Shown here in pieces: positions 17,101 through 22,679 of a stretch of DNA of 44,653 nucleotides (within the stretch, counting starts at the first letter, position 1; every line of letters begins with the position of its first letter). Both the position numbers and the translations under genes were made by a program. The stretch is taken from the IMG/VR virus record IMGVR_UViG_3300009706_000019, positions 1-44,653 of that record. One strand, written 5' to 3'. The notes beneath the pieces were generated by a model that worked only from the letters and a program-made list of their open reading frames with translations, had not been told where the DNA came from and made no database searches. This DNA is from a virus (taxonomy: Duplodnaviria > Caudoviricetes).

Positions 17101-19771
17101 CGATCTGTGTTCCCGGTTTTGGTACCCAACTGTTGGGCCGATAGTCTGGATTTTTCCGTAAAAAGGATTCCCATTTGTCGGCATCGTGGATAGTAGTTAT
17201 GCCATCTTTTTGAGTGAGAATTTTTGTGGGGGGTTTTCCCATGTTATCCCACAAGGTAACTTCGTCGAATACATTTTCGTCTACCAACTTAGGAAAAATT
17301 TTACTCACACCCTCGTGTGTACCTTTTATAATATCATCGGGCACCTTGCGCCCTTTATCTTTTGCTCTTTGTGTTGCGCGTTTAAATGCTTCGTCCATGT
17401 CGATTGTGACATAATGCGCCTCTACTCTATTCCCTGTTTTACGTAATCGATCAACGCGCCCTTGCACTTTTGCCATGCTACTATTACCCGTACCATCTAG
17501 CATTGTATTTCTACCCGATTCAATGCTTTCGTCTAATGCACGCCTCGCCACATCGGATGATTCAGCGTGAACAATAGCTGCTGCCGCATCGTCGCCATTG
17601 TCCACCATGTGCGTATATTCCGGAATCATCTCTTTTATATCGTCGGAATTTACTGTAGCTAAATTTTGAGGTAGGTCCATCTTCCCACTTCGACGGACTG
17701 TGCCTTTTCCCGCACCTGAACCCCCGCCCATCATTATCGAAACAGGTTCATCAACGGCGCTGCTGCCCTCTAAAGTAGCGACTATAATTTCATCGTGTAG
17801 CGTAGCCCGTGCGGGTGTATAAATGGGGGTGCCATCTTCAATACGGTGTGCAGTTACAAATAATTGCTCGGTTGTCTCCCGTGTTCTAAACGCATCCACA
17901 ATAGCCTGATCCATTGCTTCAACCTGCTCTAGTGTCTTAAAATCTGTGATATTCTCACCGCGTAGTACCCACGGATTAGCACTTTTTAAAGGCATCGCCT
18001 CTACTTCGTCGATGTTCTTGATTAACTCAATAATTTGTGCGTCTTTAATTACGCTTTGCCCCGTACCGCCGGTAGGGACCACTTCAAATTTAGCGGCATC
18101 CCAAAAACTATCCTGATTATTTAAAGTTGCAATTTGTTTTGCTACGGATCGTTTAGGCGTAGCAATATTAAAATCAATTGAAACTTTACCATCGGGCATT
18201 TTAAAGATGCCAATTTTTAATTGTTGACCTGCGGGAACGTCTGCAAGTTCGCGATAAATAGCTTCATAATTTCTAAGTAAACTCTCAAATTGTCCCGATG
18301 CAACCTGCTCATGCGTAAGATTAAAACTCTTTAAAGTTGTGATGGCATCGGTGCCCTCATACACGGTCCCATCCATATTGAAAGTAGCCCCAAATACTTC
18401 ACCGGTGGTGTCCCCGTGTATTTTGGTGGCCGTAGTACGAAGTTGGGCAGCGTGCAATTGCACACGTTCTTCAGATAGTAAGTCATCGACGTATTGTAAT
18501 TGTTTGCGGGTATCCCACAGCGCTTCCTCTGCGTTTGCAATTTGTTGAGGTGTTACCGAAGGGTCAAATCTAGGTTTGGTTCGTCGGGTTCGTCGCCTAA
18601 GTTCAATCAATCGCTTTTCAACTTTAGTTATCGCTTCCTCTACTTCTTTTTTTACACTTGTGATAACTTTTAATCGCGCAGTTGCTCGTTGTGCGGGTGT
18701 AAGCACCCGCTTGCGTGGATCGGGTCTTGAAGTACCTAATCCCGTCAAATTAGGATCGGTTTCACCCGTGATCGTAGTGGGGTTAGACGGTGATCCTTGA
18801 TCCCCCACCGTGGTAGAATCGCCACCAGGGCCACCTTGCCATGGTTCTAGTAAAATACGTTTATCTGATAAATCCGGAAATACGCTACACCGACAATTTA
18901 TAGATAATGGGCCGTCACCTGGATGAAGTTGCCCCGATGGAAATTCTTTTCCCATTTCAACTTTTGAGCCGTCATTATCTAAATGTTCCGGACGTACTCG
19001 GTCGTCACCCACCGTAGACCAAGTGTGGTATTTAACACCACTGCGACGATACATATCATTACACGCACCATTAAACGCTTGCTGTGTTTCTGTGCGTGCG
19101 ATTTTTTCACCCCGCACTAATGGGATATGATATTTCACCTTCAATTTTTCGGCTACTTCCATCGCAGTAGAATTGCCCAAAAATATATCGGATTTGACCA
19201 TACCCCTCGCATCTAGAATAGTATCTCTGCTAATACCCCGACCAAAAAGAACCTCTCGATTTTCTAACTGATTTAGTATTTCGGCATCTGTTAGTTCATA
19301 AATTACCTTATCGAAAAATCCTTTCTTAACTTCAATTCTCTTTTGTGCGCGCTCCACTAAAACAGACGATCCGTTGTACCCCATCGACCGCAAGCCGGCG
19401 ACCGCGCCTAGCTCGTACATAATATGAAACCATTTAGTGTACGTGGACTGCGCCCCGCGCACTTCTTCCGAAGTGCTAAGGTCTGGAAATCTTGCAGGGT
19501 TAAACGCCGTGCTTAGAAAATCTTTAATTACGGGGGCGCGCTCTTTGTAAGGTAATCGTTTTACAAGTTGCGCTTGCTTCACACAAATATCGAGCGTACC
19601 ATCATCCGTAATTGTGCGGGATACCTCGCCAAGAATACGCGAGATTTTACGCGACATTTCACGTTGAAATTCGCGCTCTAGTACGATGCGTGATCCTTCG
19701 GTAGCTGACCGAAGGACAAAAAGACGGCGGGCACGCTCGCTGATTTTATCGTACACCTTAGTAACAGGCAT
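5186..19771 (-). CDS. Giant (4861 aa) MuF-domain polyvalent head protein: MuF, 2 Zeta-like kinases, HEXXH peptidase, multiple ART-like domains, ParB, 4 GNATs, C-terminal coiled coil
   Basis: Immediately after the portal; MuF motifs IARTET, WSTVGDDRVRPEH and INCRC; GGGSGxGKGT twice; THELGH; YRG...EDE; NGNRR; RxxGxG/A four times; AAGGGG RBS. Confidence 0.92.
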   Translation of the reverse strand: MPVTKVYDKISERARRLFVLRSATEGSRIVLEREFQREMSRKISRILGEVSRTITDDGTLDICVKQAQLVKRLPYKERAPVIKDFLSTAFNPARFPDLSTSEEVRGAQSTYTKWFHIMYELGAVAGLRSMGYNGSSVLVERAQKRIEVKKGFFDKVIYELTDAEILNQLENREVLFGRGISRDTILDARGMVKSDIFLGNSTAMEVAEKLKVKYHIPLVRGEKIARTETQQAFNGACNDMYRRSGVKYHTWSTVGDDRVRPEHLDNDGSKVEMGKEFPSGQLHPGDGPLSINCRCSVFPDLSDKRILLEPWQGGPGGDSTTVGDQGSPSNPTTITGETDPNLTGLGTSRPDPRKRVLTPAQRATARLKVITSVKKEVEEAITKVEKRLIELRRRTRRTKPRFDPSVTPQQIANAEEALWDTRKQLQYVDDLLSEERVQLHAAQLRTTATKIHGDTTGEVFGATFNMDGTVYEGTDAITTLKSFNLTHEQVASGQFESLLRNYEAIYRELADVPAGQQLKIGIFKMPDGKVSIDFNIATPKRSVAKQIATLNNQDSFWDAAKFEVVPTGGTGQSVIKDAQIIELIKNIDEVEAMPLKSANPWVLRGENITDFKTLEQVEAMDQAIVDAFRTRETTEQLFVTAHRIEDGTPIYTPARATLHDEIIVATLEGSSAVDEPVSIMMGGGSGAGKGTVRRSGKMDLPQNLATVNSDDIKEMIPEYTHMVDNGDDAAAAIVHAESSDVARRALDESIESGRNTMLDGTGNSSMAKVQGRVDRLRKTGNRVEAHYVTIDMDEAFKRATQRAKDKGRKVPDDIIKGTHEGVSKIFPKLVDENVFDEVTLWDNMGKPPTKILTQKDGITTIHDADKWESFLRKNPDYRPNSWVPKPGTQIDDLTSFDRHRISSFTENGRTKFTPSRTSMHDEIVDEIISVNRNNELVTAVDEPVSYMMGGGSGSGKGTLLDVKQSAGDLGVPVNTAIVDSDRVKDYLPEYQTMLEAGDPKAAMIVHDESSHIGTVAVRESMRRNQNTLIDGTGDGGYGALREKIKILRETGNKVEANYATIDTSLAVARAEERARKSGRAVPNAVIKRTHEQVSKVVPRALDEGLWDKFTLWDTTDALNGNATKILSLDEGRIFIHDAEKWESFLRKNPDYIPNSWKSARELPELQRVARLNPDDFIPPVSLKEADDFLVRSTLSDDPELLSLLPERTRQWIAESKALYDPDLPVRGVGIAKPSPNGVKFNVSQGRADLPDIDAVGFIARSDDNKIYAYGVVDGKIKPIAISKEHLFDPDLIGLQGRKRAISKLNELQTRVDKFEVAIEMLGGTPTPEGAVKFEALKKELELITKKRAYMKRYDRVLTLDDLRYEKLISDDLFRAADMRRKLMTHELGHTMQLPSDGMSGMPAARRSFVQATHTVSEGARQELLTLIDASKLDGAFEGMQNVTIGNKLKINFTNQRETWADLVAIYTDPQKNVILKHAMPETFQNLEAMLGKLPYKVPDIVDERLSNVIKYAALDKDRNNRILKGLQAQYNLTIDDVDDIFRRFSSVDVRAIAQNPNLLDDVVNDALYIIKTAQDSMDPKHRVLMSVTAKRTQELTDTNLARWHATLKGEQGLLSDEVNAIAKNQKLHRAEWPHSRVEKEMRELRQRMRTLQDTDTLIRAEQRHRELRLASGRVAAPPEPFSQRSWNPTSTRDYLDYGVHPTIADDIVELTPTEHLQRAKYILEQDLASPENVALRVAMDDVLAGKPLPPNATLQTVNDRVTARVYLKHLDDADKTPHNLYVGINSDTGTIFFPRTQRGIVGDVIQLPVGEGESLTLSKVTTNLTSSKSRAIEDALSDGANDGVVFKIRAGADAQRMGDRATVADLLDGGLNKPENSRAKNQVLNRLFPDAKDERLRAGAFTYRTIEDADDVATRMLFEDAKTLYFDLHGETAESITHTKAEAMRQLLKGNDASVSPRELQQLIDKAGRLHPKERASLFEFQQQYVSEYRARAQARALLNELDRAPVSVDSVYVPFPDGLRIIDTDLLVPGKVLEIGQPTGKAEAFLRLNGPTPGKVKPSDLMATQDSVLTRGLSTRKAALGDTIYGIDDPMKDTAIMFKVDNPKGIKREPKFKAYRRGEGRVSKPHEMLMAGEFRVKSVQKIDGVLEVNVEHIPPKLSTDIIPQKTITGAPDEFATHGEFKVVGVTKKKSYIEVELSQIPTDRSRIKTFHTGDFIDADANIIVRELIEEKSYSQLFAEAQNDILVGEKVVKGTRPTAMLKRDLDAVINGEPLPKNASGALIERRTKARIFLNELDSTDEVPSHLYRGDRAISRSGKDMREVTLGQEIEINDRTIVTGLTTDPKVAQKFALDRGEENWPPVVYKVRPGAKAQKLFEDIDAIDSRILEMGSEATPEYALALRQKRELRAKLTALQEDEYYTAGKFRVVGKREIPIDDLDISQVMDTRRNFTIPDGVEEHIIEIEVEYVPLTDDVLKPAADIPKPWQHNTQAEEVPRWFVDQFADVKPPTSSAGRKSLDALKKDILEHGILDPIEISIDDAGRALVTNGNRRLIAAKELGIEDVPVVVKKQDGALARKVNVKDKLFDPDWKPTTVGDYFDDEMFELTTTKVAKQWAMDGTGPKYETITLFEDLYPNSRLGGFGARGEAKTTKEAIELLSKRGTTGITSGNDRLRRTLNDIFEGTVDRSGDTLKIQPGGGFTEIVGESFSNFVKRHIRHAETLEKAGDAAQANHVKTQLVRMMRQRAEARAIAHKLATEADIMPVALYRGTGNQHGLINSRLYNSIGSWDDLEPGQVIELGGRKFTTGLTRDEDMALHFAFQSGTRHEGAIVWKIKPGARAKRVLSIDDVGASFQNEDEFMAAGNYTVTKKTKKVYQSGPYSDVPKDYLEIELEWQPLNTPSSVDPKLVGIEKFKRLQQNEGNVRLPTKTKLVQSELGIPETGKPFEFTYAHNTESAVDYGKRYGQHVEPSGKYVTVVNPKNVVDQPTIETGIITLEKPLVVDFGAGYSDATNWKYVLSERFGGKTGRELSEAITDAGYDGIVTVTETRGTKHTSEIIALRKNPDRPLHALSPGRELRPSEVFDAIKSPDELLSIQTQRAAVIAEERLKEIARIRDIAAVQDVAAQRLMELEARYVRADVAIQKARAERAQVKAKVDAVNSQIKKIKQGIKEGAFEPEDLNSLYEMREVAVGKFQAWDDEVNQLIDVDASLRSGLITPSQADAASSPTFFDKLLRESSAQLEEATELINKREGVKQLKLFETVESDILKTLKADLAKIDDVMQAEIHAVDAAQEAAEKLMDAITKSENAQLELNFAEAKVVTSEEKLVGAAKLKADATQFNNAEDFIGAVLDSEETTTVYTVRRVSAKKVPFPDEAPDGHIRMYRGVNPDRIEGRGKGKYGGTKLDAEGGGVGRWYTTDYEEAVSYANWDLETTGELGPNRAILAVDVPNEDAVVFARRGSRTHLDEDDFLAGGRSEALLDGDYASRSVLYEGDEIIAGKDAPHLAAKEIEITIPSEPKNWDSINRDYKNRTGEFGTTSRTSTEVKTIDGIRYESYADTGEMLEGLGYEHMVAIRESDDRVVGTLFYGPDVKDPTEVGIKGAVGVAPDMRRRGIATNMYDMGEEVTGEVFKPDIPHSPDAQAFWKSRQAKKDIPNNTRFITDKKMANQLAAMDDSMEVVSYELPVSSLQDDAPSMVKYSKGVDNPKIKKLENTFLEVSQETSDPVTKGVRYTDKKTGGGLMNRSNLNLDKLTDDEHSELVDLWDFGLQQPLEVPSDAKFAFTLEGEQQHERLLELLTKASKNGVVREEIEFVGTPVWASSDGQIAFNPLTQQVDNVPYPMAPKPRGSVRIVDDIPASQADSLDDAAAAKVTGGMTEDEFMKKHKTGDISSDWSYRAGGLDHLVGPEVSKAEKYPEIVGKIVGKNGKTYEVRASGKRIGYSKVDASGELVRGRDGIALKMTPEEIKRKGLAEFDKSRVVFDGDTPVALVSDESGTVGLWVTKPNQRQGIGSELLARFMKENPNMTLGKMTQAGENTSRATYRKLLTRNAGRNRYVAGAKQADNVASTADDAAAAKVTGGMTEDEFMKKHKTGDIPFDAYADTERGGGLDHLVGPEVEPLTELPDNLDVTYGGKLGPNKKKYYVFDETGVRKYGRHDTYEAAKAEALENINIERGVGGKYPDKVGEIVGKNGKTYEVRASGERIGYNKGDASTGELMRDAKGNPISMTPDEIKKAGVPEFDQSRVVFDGDTPIALVSNEFGSVGLWVTKPNQRQGIGSELLARFMKENPHMKLGKMTPAGEKVSRAAYRKLAKGQTILAEVPIEKINVAKLKMSNDVYDLTPGDMDPRLLHPTRHSGTISATDSVGNAVGAVDYRIVGDEVHIKYIGVNPQYRRQGVGTKLIETVESNFEGKTIVRGITTPEGSEFLEAYDNAVELRAAGLAAQNDLVAANKAAAQATRQLDNVSEKAALAMARVDDSVETKRLNGIIKREGIYIDDNTRKINTIESNQKSLMERKATEINRRGKPLKTTLAEEKRLTRNIDSVQKEIEASKRRALKAKKDLQRRELHKQLQLKKAHEKRERLQVIKNRRKVQDDKIVKAKILREQKAKDRALEVKQLDEKVVVATDKKKLDLDTAHTKAEAAKVDDAKLAQTQKEKQEALVKDLKAKADKQAAEQKKAQEEHKQNEEDKAKKEESLRLAKIKKQALEEEQAKAEVAEKARIQAEQDSLAAALKKMEQDVLDAIEAATNSNLRLQALALQARQEAAKLKAEKAWFKYKQAAESASSASSLSDAADDELDLTEEALEYLIDDLHVDVVAMRRHAASLKLAAMRKADELVEAQLEYREAYSMFEKMSKLREVEEMGAL
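6855..8194 (-). repeat. Recent intragenic tandem duplication of a GNAT-containing module (about 7655..8194 and 6855..7579)
   Basis: Near-identical DNA blocks, e.g. 8121-8194 vs about 7506-7579 and 7728-7800 vs about 6930-7001; second copy has a ~55-aa insertion. Confidence 0.9.
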
Positions 19772-19788
19772 AGACTACCCCTTGCGCA

Positions 19789-21591
19789 TTATTCGTCGGG
19801 TATTTTGATGGGTTTAACAGGCATCGTGTCACCCGTTATATCCGGCGCATCAAGTTCAGATTTTAATTCTTCTATTTGATCTTCTAACGCTTGTTTTTCA
19901 ACACCCGCTGCTTGTGTTAGTTCGTCAACAAAAATAGGGCCTTGGGGTGATAGAATAAAGTTTCTGTCGCCACCTTCAACCGGCGCAAGACCCAAACGCT
20001 TCGCAACTTGATTTATGGTCATCACACCCTTTTCAAGGTATGATAGGAACACAGTTTTTTCTGCTTCCCTATCGCGGATATCTAGAGGATTAAACTTTAA
20101 TCGAATAAGCTGGGTGCCTAGTCCTAGTTTAAGAAGTCGATTCAAATGATGTTCCCACACACGTTGTGATGGCGTAACAATTCGATCTTTGTAAATCTCT
20201 GCCTGAGACAATCCCTTACCCGATCCTAGCTCAGAACTTTCTGCAATTCCGATAATGGCAGGCGATACACCGTGCGCAGTCATAATGCCCTGCGCATTGT
20301 TTTTGCGAGTGTCTTGAAATGATCCCTCTTGTGCATCGGCAGCGAGTTTTTCAAATCGTAACTTTACTTCACCTCGCATCGCCGGAATCGGAATGATTAG
20401 GGTTTTGTGTGCTTTGCCTTTTACATGCTGCCCAAAATATTGCATGATGGCATCCTTTACATCCTTTGAAAGTTTTGCACCTTCAATAATCACCGCGTAT
20501 CGTGGCACTGTATTATGCTCAAAAAATTGGAGCATGAAATCACGAATATGTACGTTTCCTAAAACGTCCCCAAGCGCTGGTACGATATCGGAATATCCAT
20601 AATAAATTGTGGCCGCGTGATGTTTAGGAATCCAAATTACTTCGTTCGCAGACTTCGCAAAACTATTAGTGGGTTTGCCCGTTTCACGGTCAATCATATT
20701 CCAACTTAATTTGTTATTAGCAGTCAACTTTCCATTGCGTGCGGGGTCATACACCTCGGGTTTGCCGGTAAGCGGCGAACGATCTGCGGAAACAATTTTA
20801 TTACCAAAAGGTTGGTAATAAACAAATTTAGAATCGGATAAGATTTCAACGTAACCATGCCATCCCCGAAGGGGACGGATTCGGGTAGAAGGTATATGGG
20901 CAATTTTTCTAACTTTCATATCAGCGGAGCGAATAACTTCTATTGCCGCCCACCCCACCGCTTCGTAATCCATACACGCACGAAACAGTACGCCTTCAAA
21001 TCCGATCAACTCGTTGCAATCGCCAATAAAACGATTCACCGTGTCCACTTCGGCTTCAACTTCGGATTGACGCACAGCGGGGGTGGTCACACCCGATTGT
21101 TTTAGCCGGTCACTAAAGCCAACTAACTTTTCAGCTTCTTCGTCTGACATTACATTAACGATAGGCTCAAGCGAGTATTCGCGGCCCACCGCATCAACGG
21201 TTTTTGTTTTCACGCATCGAAAATGGGTTGGGTCCACCTCAAGAAATGTGGCAAGCAACTCGGGCGGGTAGGGAGGCTCGACAACTTGCGTAGCAGACAA
21301 CGAAAATTCAGGATACCCAAGTTCATCCTCACTTTGAGTTGACCCCTCGGCGGCTGATTTCATAACATCCAACAAAGTAGAATTGTTAGTCTCTTTGTGG
21401 ATGCGGTCAGAGTCAAAGCAGGACATGCTTTGCCTGATCATTTCTTTTTGTAAATCCGCAGACGATGCCATACGGTCATCGCCGGTGATGAAAACTTCCT
21501 CAATTATATTTTCACCGCTTGATTCGCTGGCGCTGGTTTGTATAGCGTCTGCTAATTCACCCTCGGTTAAGATTTCCGATTTACTGCTCAT
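19789..21591 (-). CDS. Portal protein (PBSX/HK97-like family)
   Basis: VEPPYPP, DYEAVGWAAIEVIR, YYGYSDI, FFEHNTVP, AHGVSP, GVMTINQV..LGLAPVEGGD. Confidence 0.93.
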   Translation of the reverse strand: MSSKSEILTEGELADAIQTSASESSGENIIEEVFITGDDRMASSADLQKEMIRQSMSCFDSDRIHKETNNSTLLDVMKSAAEGSTQSEDELGYPEFSLSATQVVEPPYPPELLATFLEVDPTHFRCVKTKTVDAVGREYSLEPIVNVMSDEEAEKLVGFSDRLKQSGVTTPAVRQSEVEAEVDTVNRFIGDCNELIGFEGVLFRACMDYEAVGWAAIEVIRSADMKVRKIAHIPSTRIRPLRGWHGYVEILSDSKFVYYQPFGNKIVSADRSPLTGKPEVYDPARNGKLTANNKLSWNMIDRETGKPTNSFAKSANEVIWIPKHHAATIYYGYSDIVPALGDVLGNVHIRDFMLQFFEHNTVPRYAVIIEGAKLSKDVKDAIMQYFGQHVKGKAHKTLIIPIPAMRGEVKLRFEKLAADAQEGSFQDTRKNNAQGIMTAHGVSPAIIGIAESSELGSGKGLSQAEIYKDRIVTPSQRVWEHHLNRLLKLGLGTQLIRLKFNPLDIRDREAEKTVFLSYLEKGVMTINQVAKRLGLAPVEGGDRNFILSPQGPIFVDELTQAAGVEKQALEDQIEELKSELDAPDITGDTMPVKPIKIPDE

Positions 21592-22673
21592 GTGTAACGA
21601 CTCGATTTAGGGTTTGTACTTTTTTTGGTTTTGGTTTTGGTTTTGGTTAAGTTTTTTTTTCGCTTATCCTGTAACTTTTTAATAACCACATCCCGATTTC
21701 TTGGACCCAATCTATCGGAACCTTTTGGAAATTCTTTCTTGTACTCTTTGGCCAATTCGGCATCGGTCATTTCAGAAAGAGGTTTTAGCTTTTTTTCCTT
21801 ATCCTCTTTTTTGTCTTTTGTGTCTAACTTGCTGCGAGCTTGTTTTGTTTGCTTTTTATAATTGCCCTCACCACTAGATGCACCACCGACTTTTCTACCG
21901 CCGGCTGCACCGCCCCCCTTTGCACCACCGCCTTTTGCACCACCGCCTTTTGCACCACCGCCTTTTGCACCACCTCCTTTTGCACCGCCTGCAAGTCGCT
22001 TCATACGATCTGCTAAAAACTTTTCGCGGTCTCTCTTATCTTTTTCTTTCTTTGCTTTATCTTCCGCTTCCTTTTTTTTCTTGGCGGCCTCCTTCTTTTC
22101 TTTATCTACCGTTTCCTTGGCTTTCTTTTTTACCTTTGCATCTCTGGCATCTTTCTTTTTTTTTCGAGACGCTGACGTAGCTTCTACCCTAGCTTTGATT
22201 TGTGCTGGAGTAAGCCTAGTGCCACCGGGTTTCTTCTTTTTGGATTCCGGTCTTTCGGGTTTTGGTTTTTCGCGATCATACACACCACTACCTGGGCCGC
22301 CTTTTGATACTAACTCTTGTACACTTTTATACTGTTTCTTCTTATCCTTATTTTTTTTATTTGGGTCTACGCCCTGCTTAGGACTAGCCACTGAATTAGG
22401 CAGAGACGAAGAATCAATTGGTGATTTAGCCACCTCGACTATAGATTTTTTAAGTACCAAAAATCCTTTAGCCGCCTTCCGGTAGTAACCGGCTGATTTT
22501 TGTCGGTATTTACCCTCGCCTTTTTTCTCATAAAGTGCGCCGGCTTTGCCTTCATAGGTTTTTGATTCCTGCTCCACAGATGAACAAATGGCACGCGCTT
22601 CGGAATCGGAATGCCCCTGCGTTTTTTGATCGGCAACACACGCGGAAAAATTGTCATACCCTGCGAATGGCAT
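21588..22673 (-). CDS. Lys/Gly-rich low-complexity protein, probable internal head/core protein
   Basis: Between TerL and portal with overlapping stop/start; N-terminal MPFAGYDNFSACV...ARAIC, KGGPGSG, (KGGGA)5, very basic. Confidence 0.75.
   Translation of the reverse strand: MPFAGYDNFSACVADQKTQGHSDSEARAICSSVEQESKTYEGKAGALYEKKGEGKYRQKSAGYYRKAAKGFLVLKKSIVEVAKSPIDSSSLPNSVASPKQGVDPNKKNKDKKKQYKSVQELVSKGGPGSGVYDREKPKPERPESKKKKPGGTRLTPAQIKARVEATSASRKKKKDARDAKVKKKAKETVDKEKKEAAKKKKEAEDKAKKEKDKRDREKFLADRMKRLAGGAKGGGAKGGGAKGGGAKGGGAKGGGAAGGRKVGGASSGEGNYKKQTKQARSKLDTKDKKEDKEKKLKPLSEMTDAELAKEYKKEFPKGSDRLGPRNRDVVIKKLQDKRKKNLTKTKTKTKKSTNPKSSRYT
21906..21990. repeat. 15-bp tandem repeat (about 5.5 units) encoding KGGGA
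   Basis: ccttttgcaccaccg units with synonymous variation. Confidence 0.9.
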
Positions 22674-22679
22674 TTTTAA

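Noticed and set aside
5622-18800. Many plus-strand ORFs of 60-130 aa opposite the giant gene
   Set aside because: Antisense shadows of a long coding frame; Ser/Phe-rich, no RBS or motifs
5186-19771. Inteins or stop-codon recoding as explanation for the giant ORF
   Set aside because: No intein splice motifs (C...HN) or LAGLIDADG seen; genes read normally in the standard code and all three stop codons are used
21906-21990. Short repeat array considered as CRISPR
   Set aside because: Head-to-tail 15-bp coding repeats with no spacers; no cas genes
21862-22485. Plus-strand ORFs with (FAPPP)n and (HHRLL)n repeats
   Set aside because: Alternative readings of the 15-bp KGGGA repeat; the minus-strand gene fits the operon
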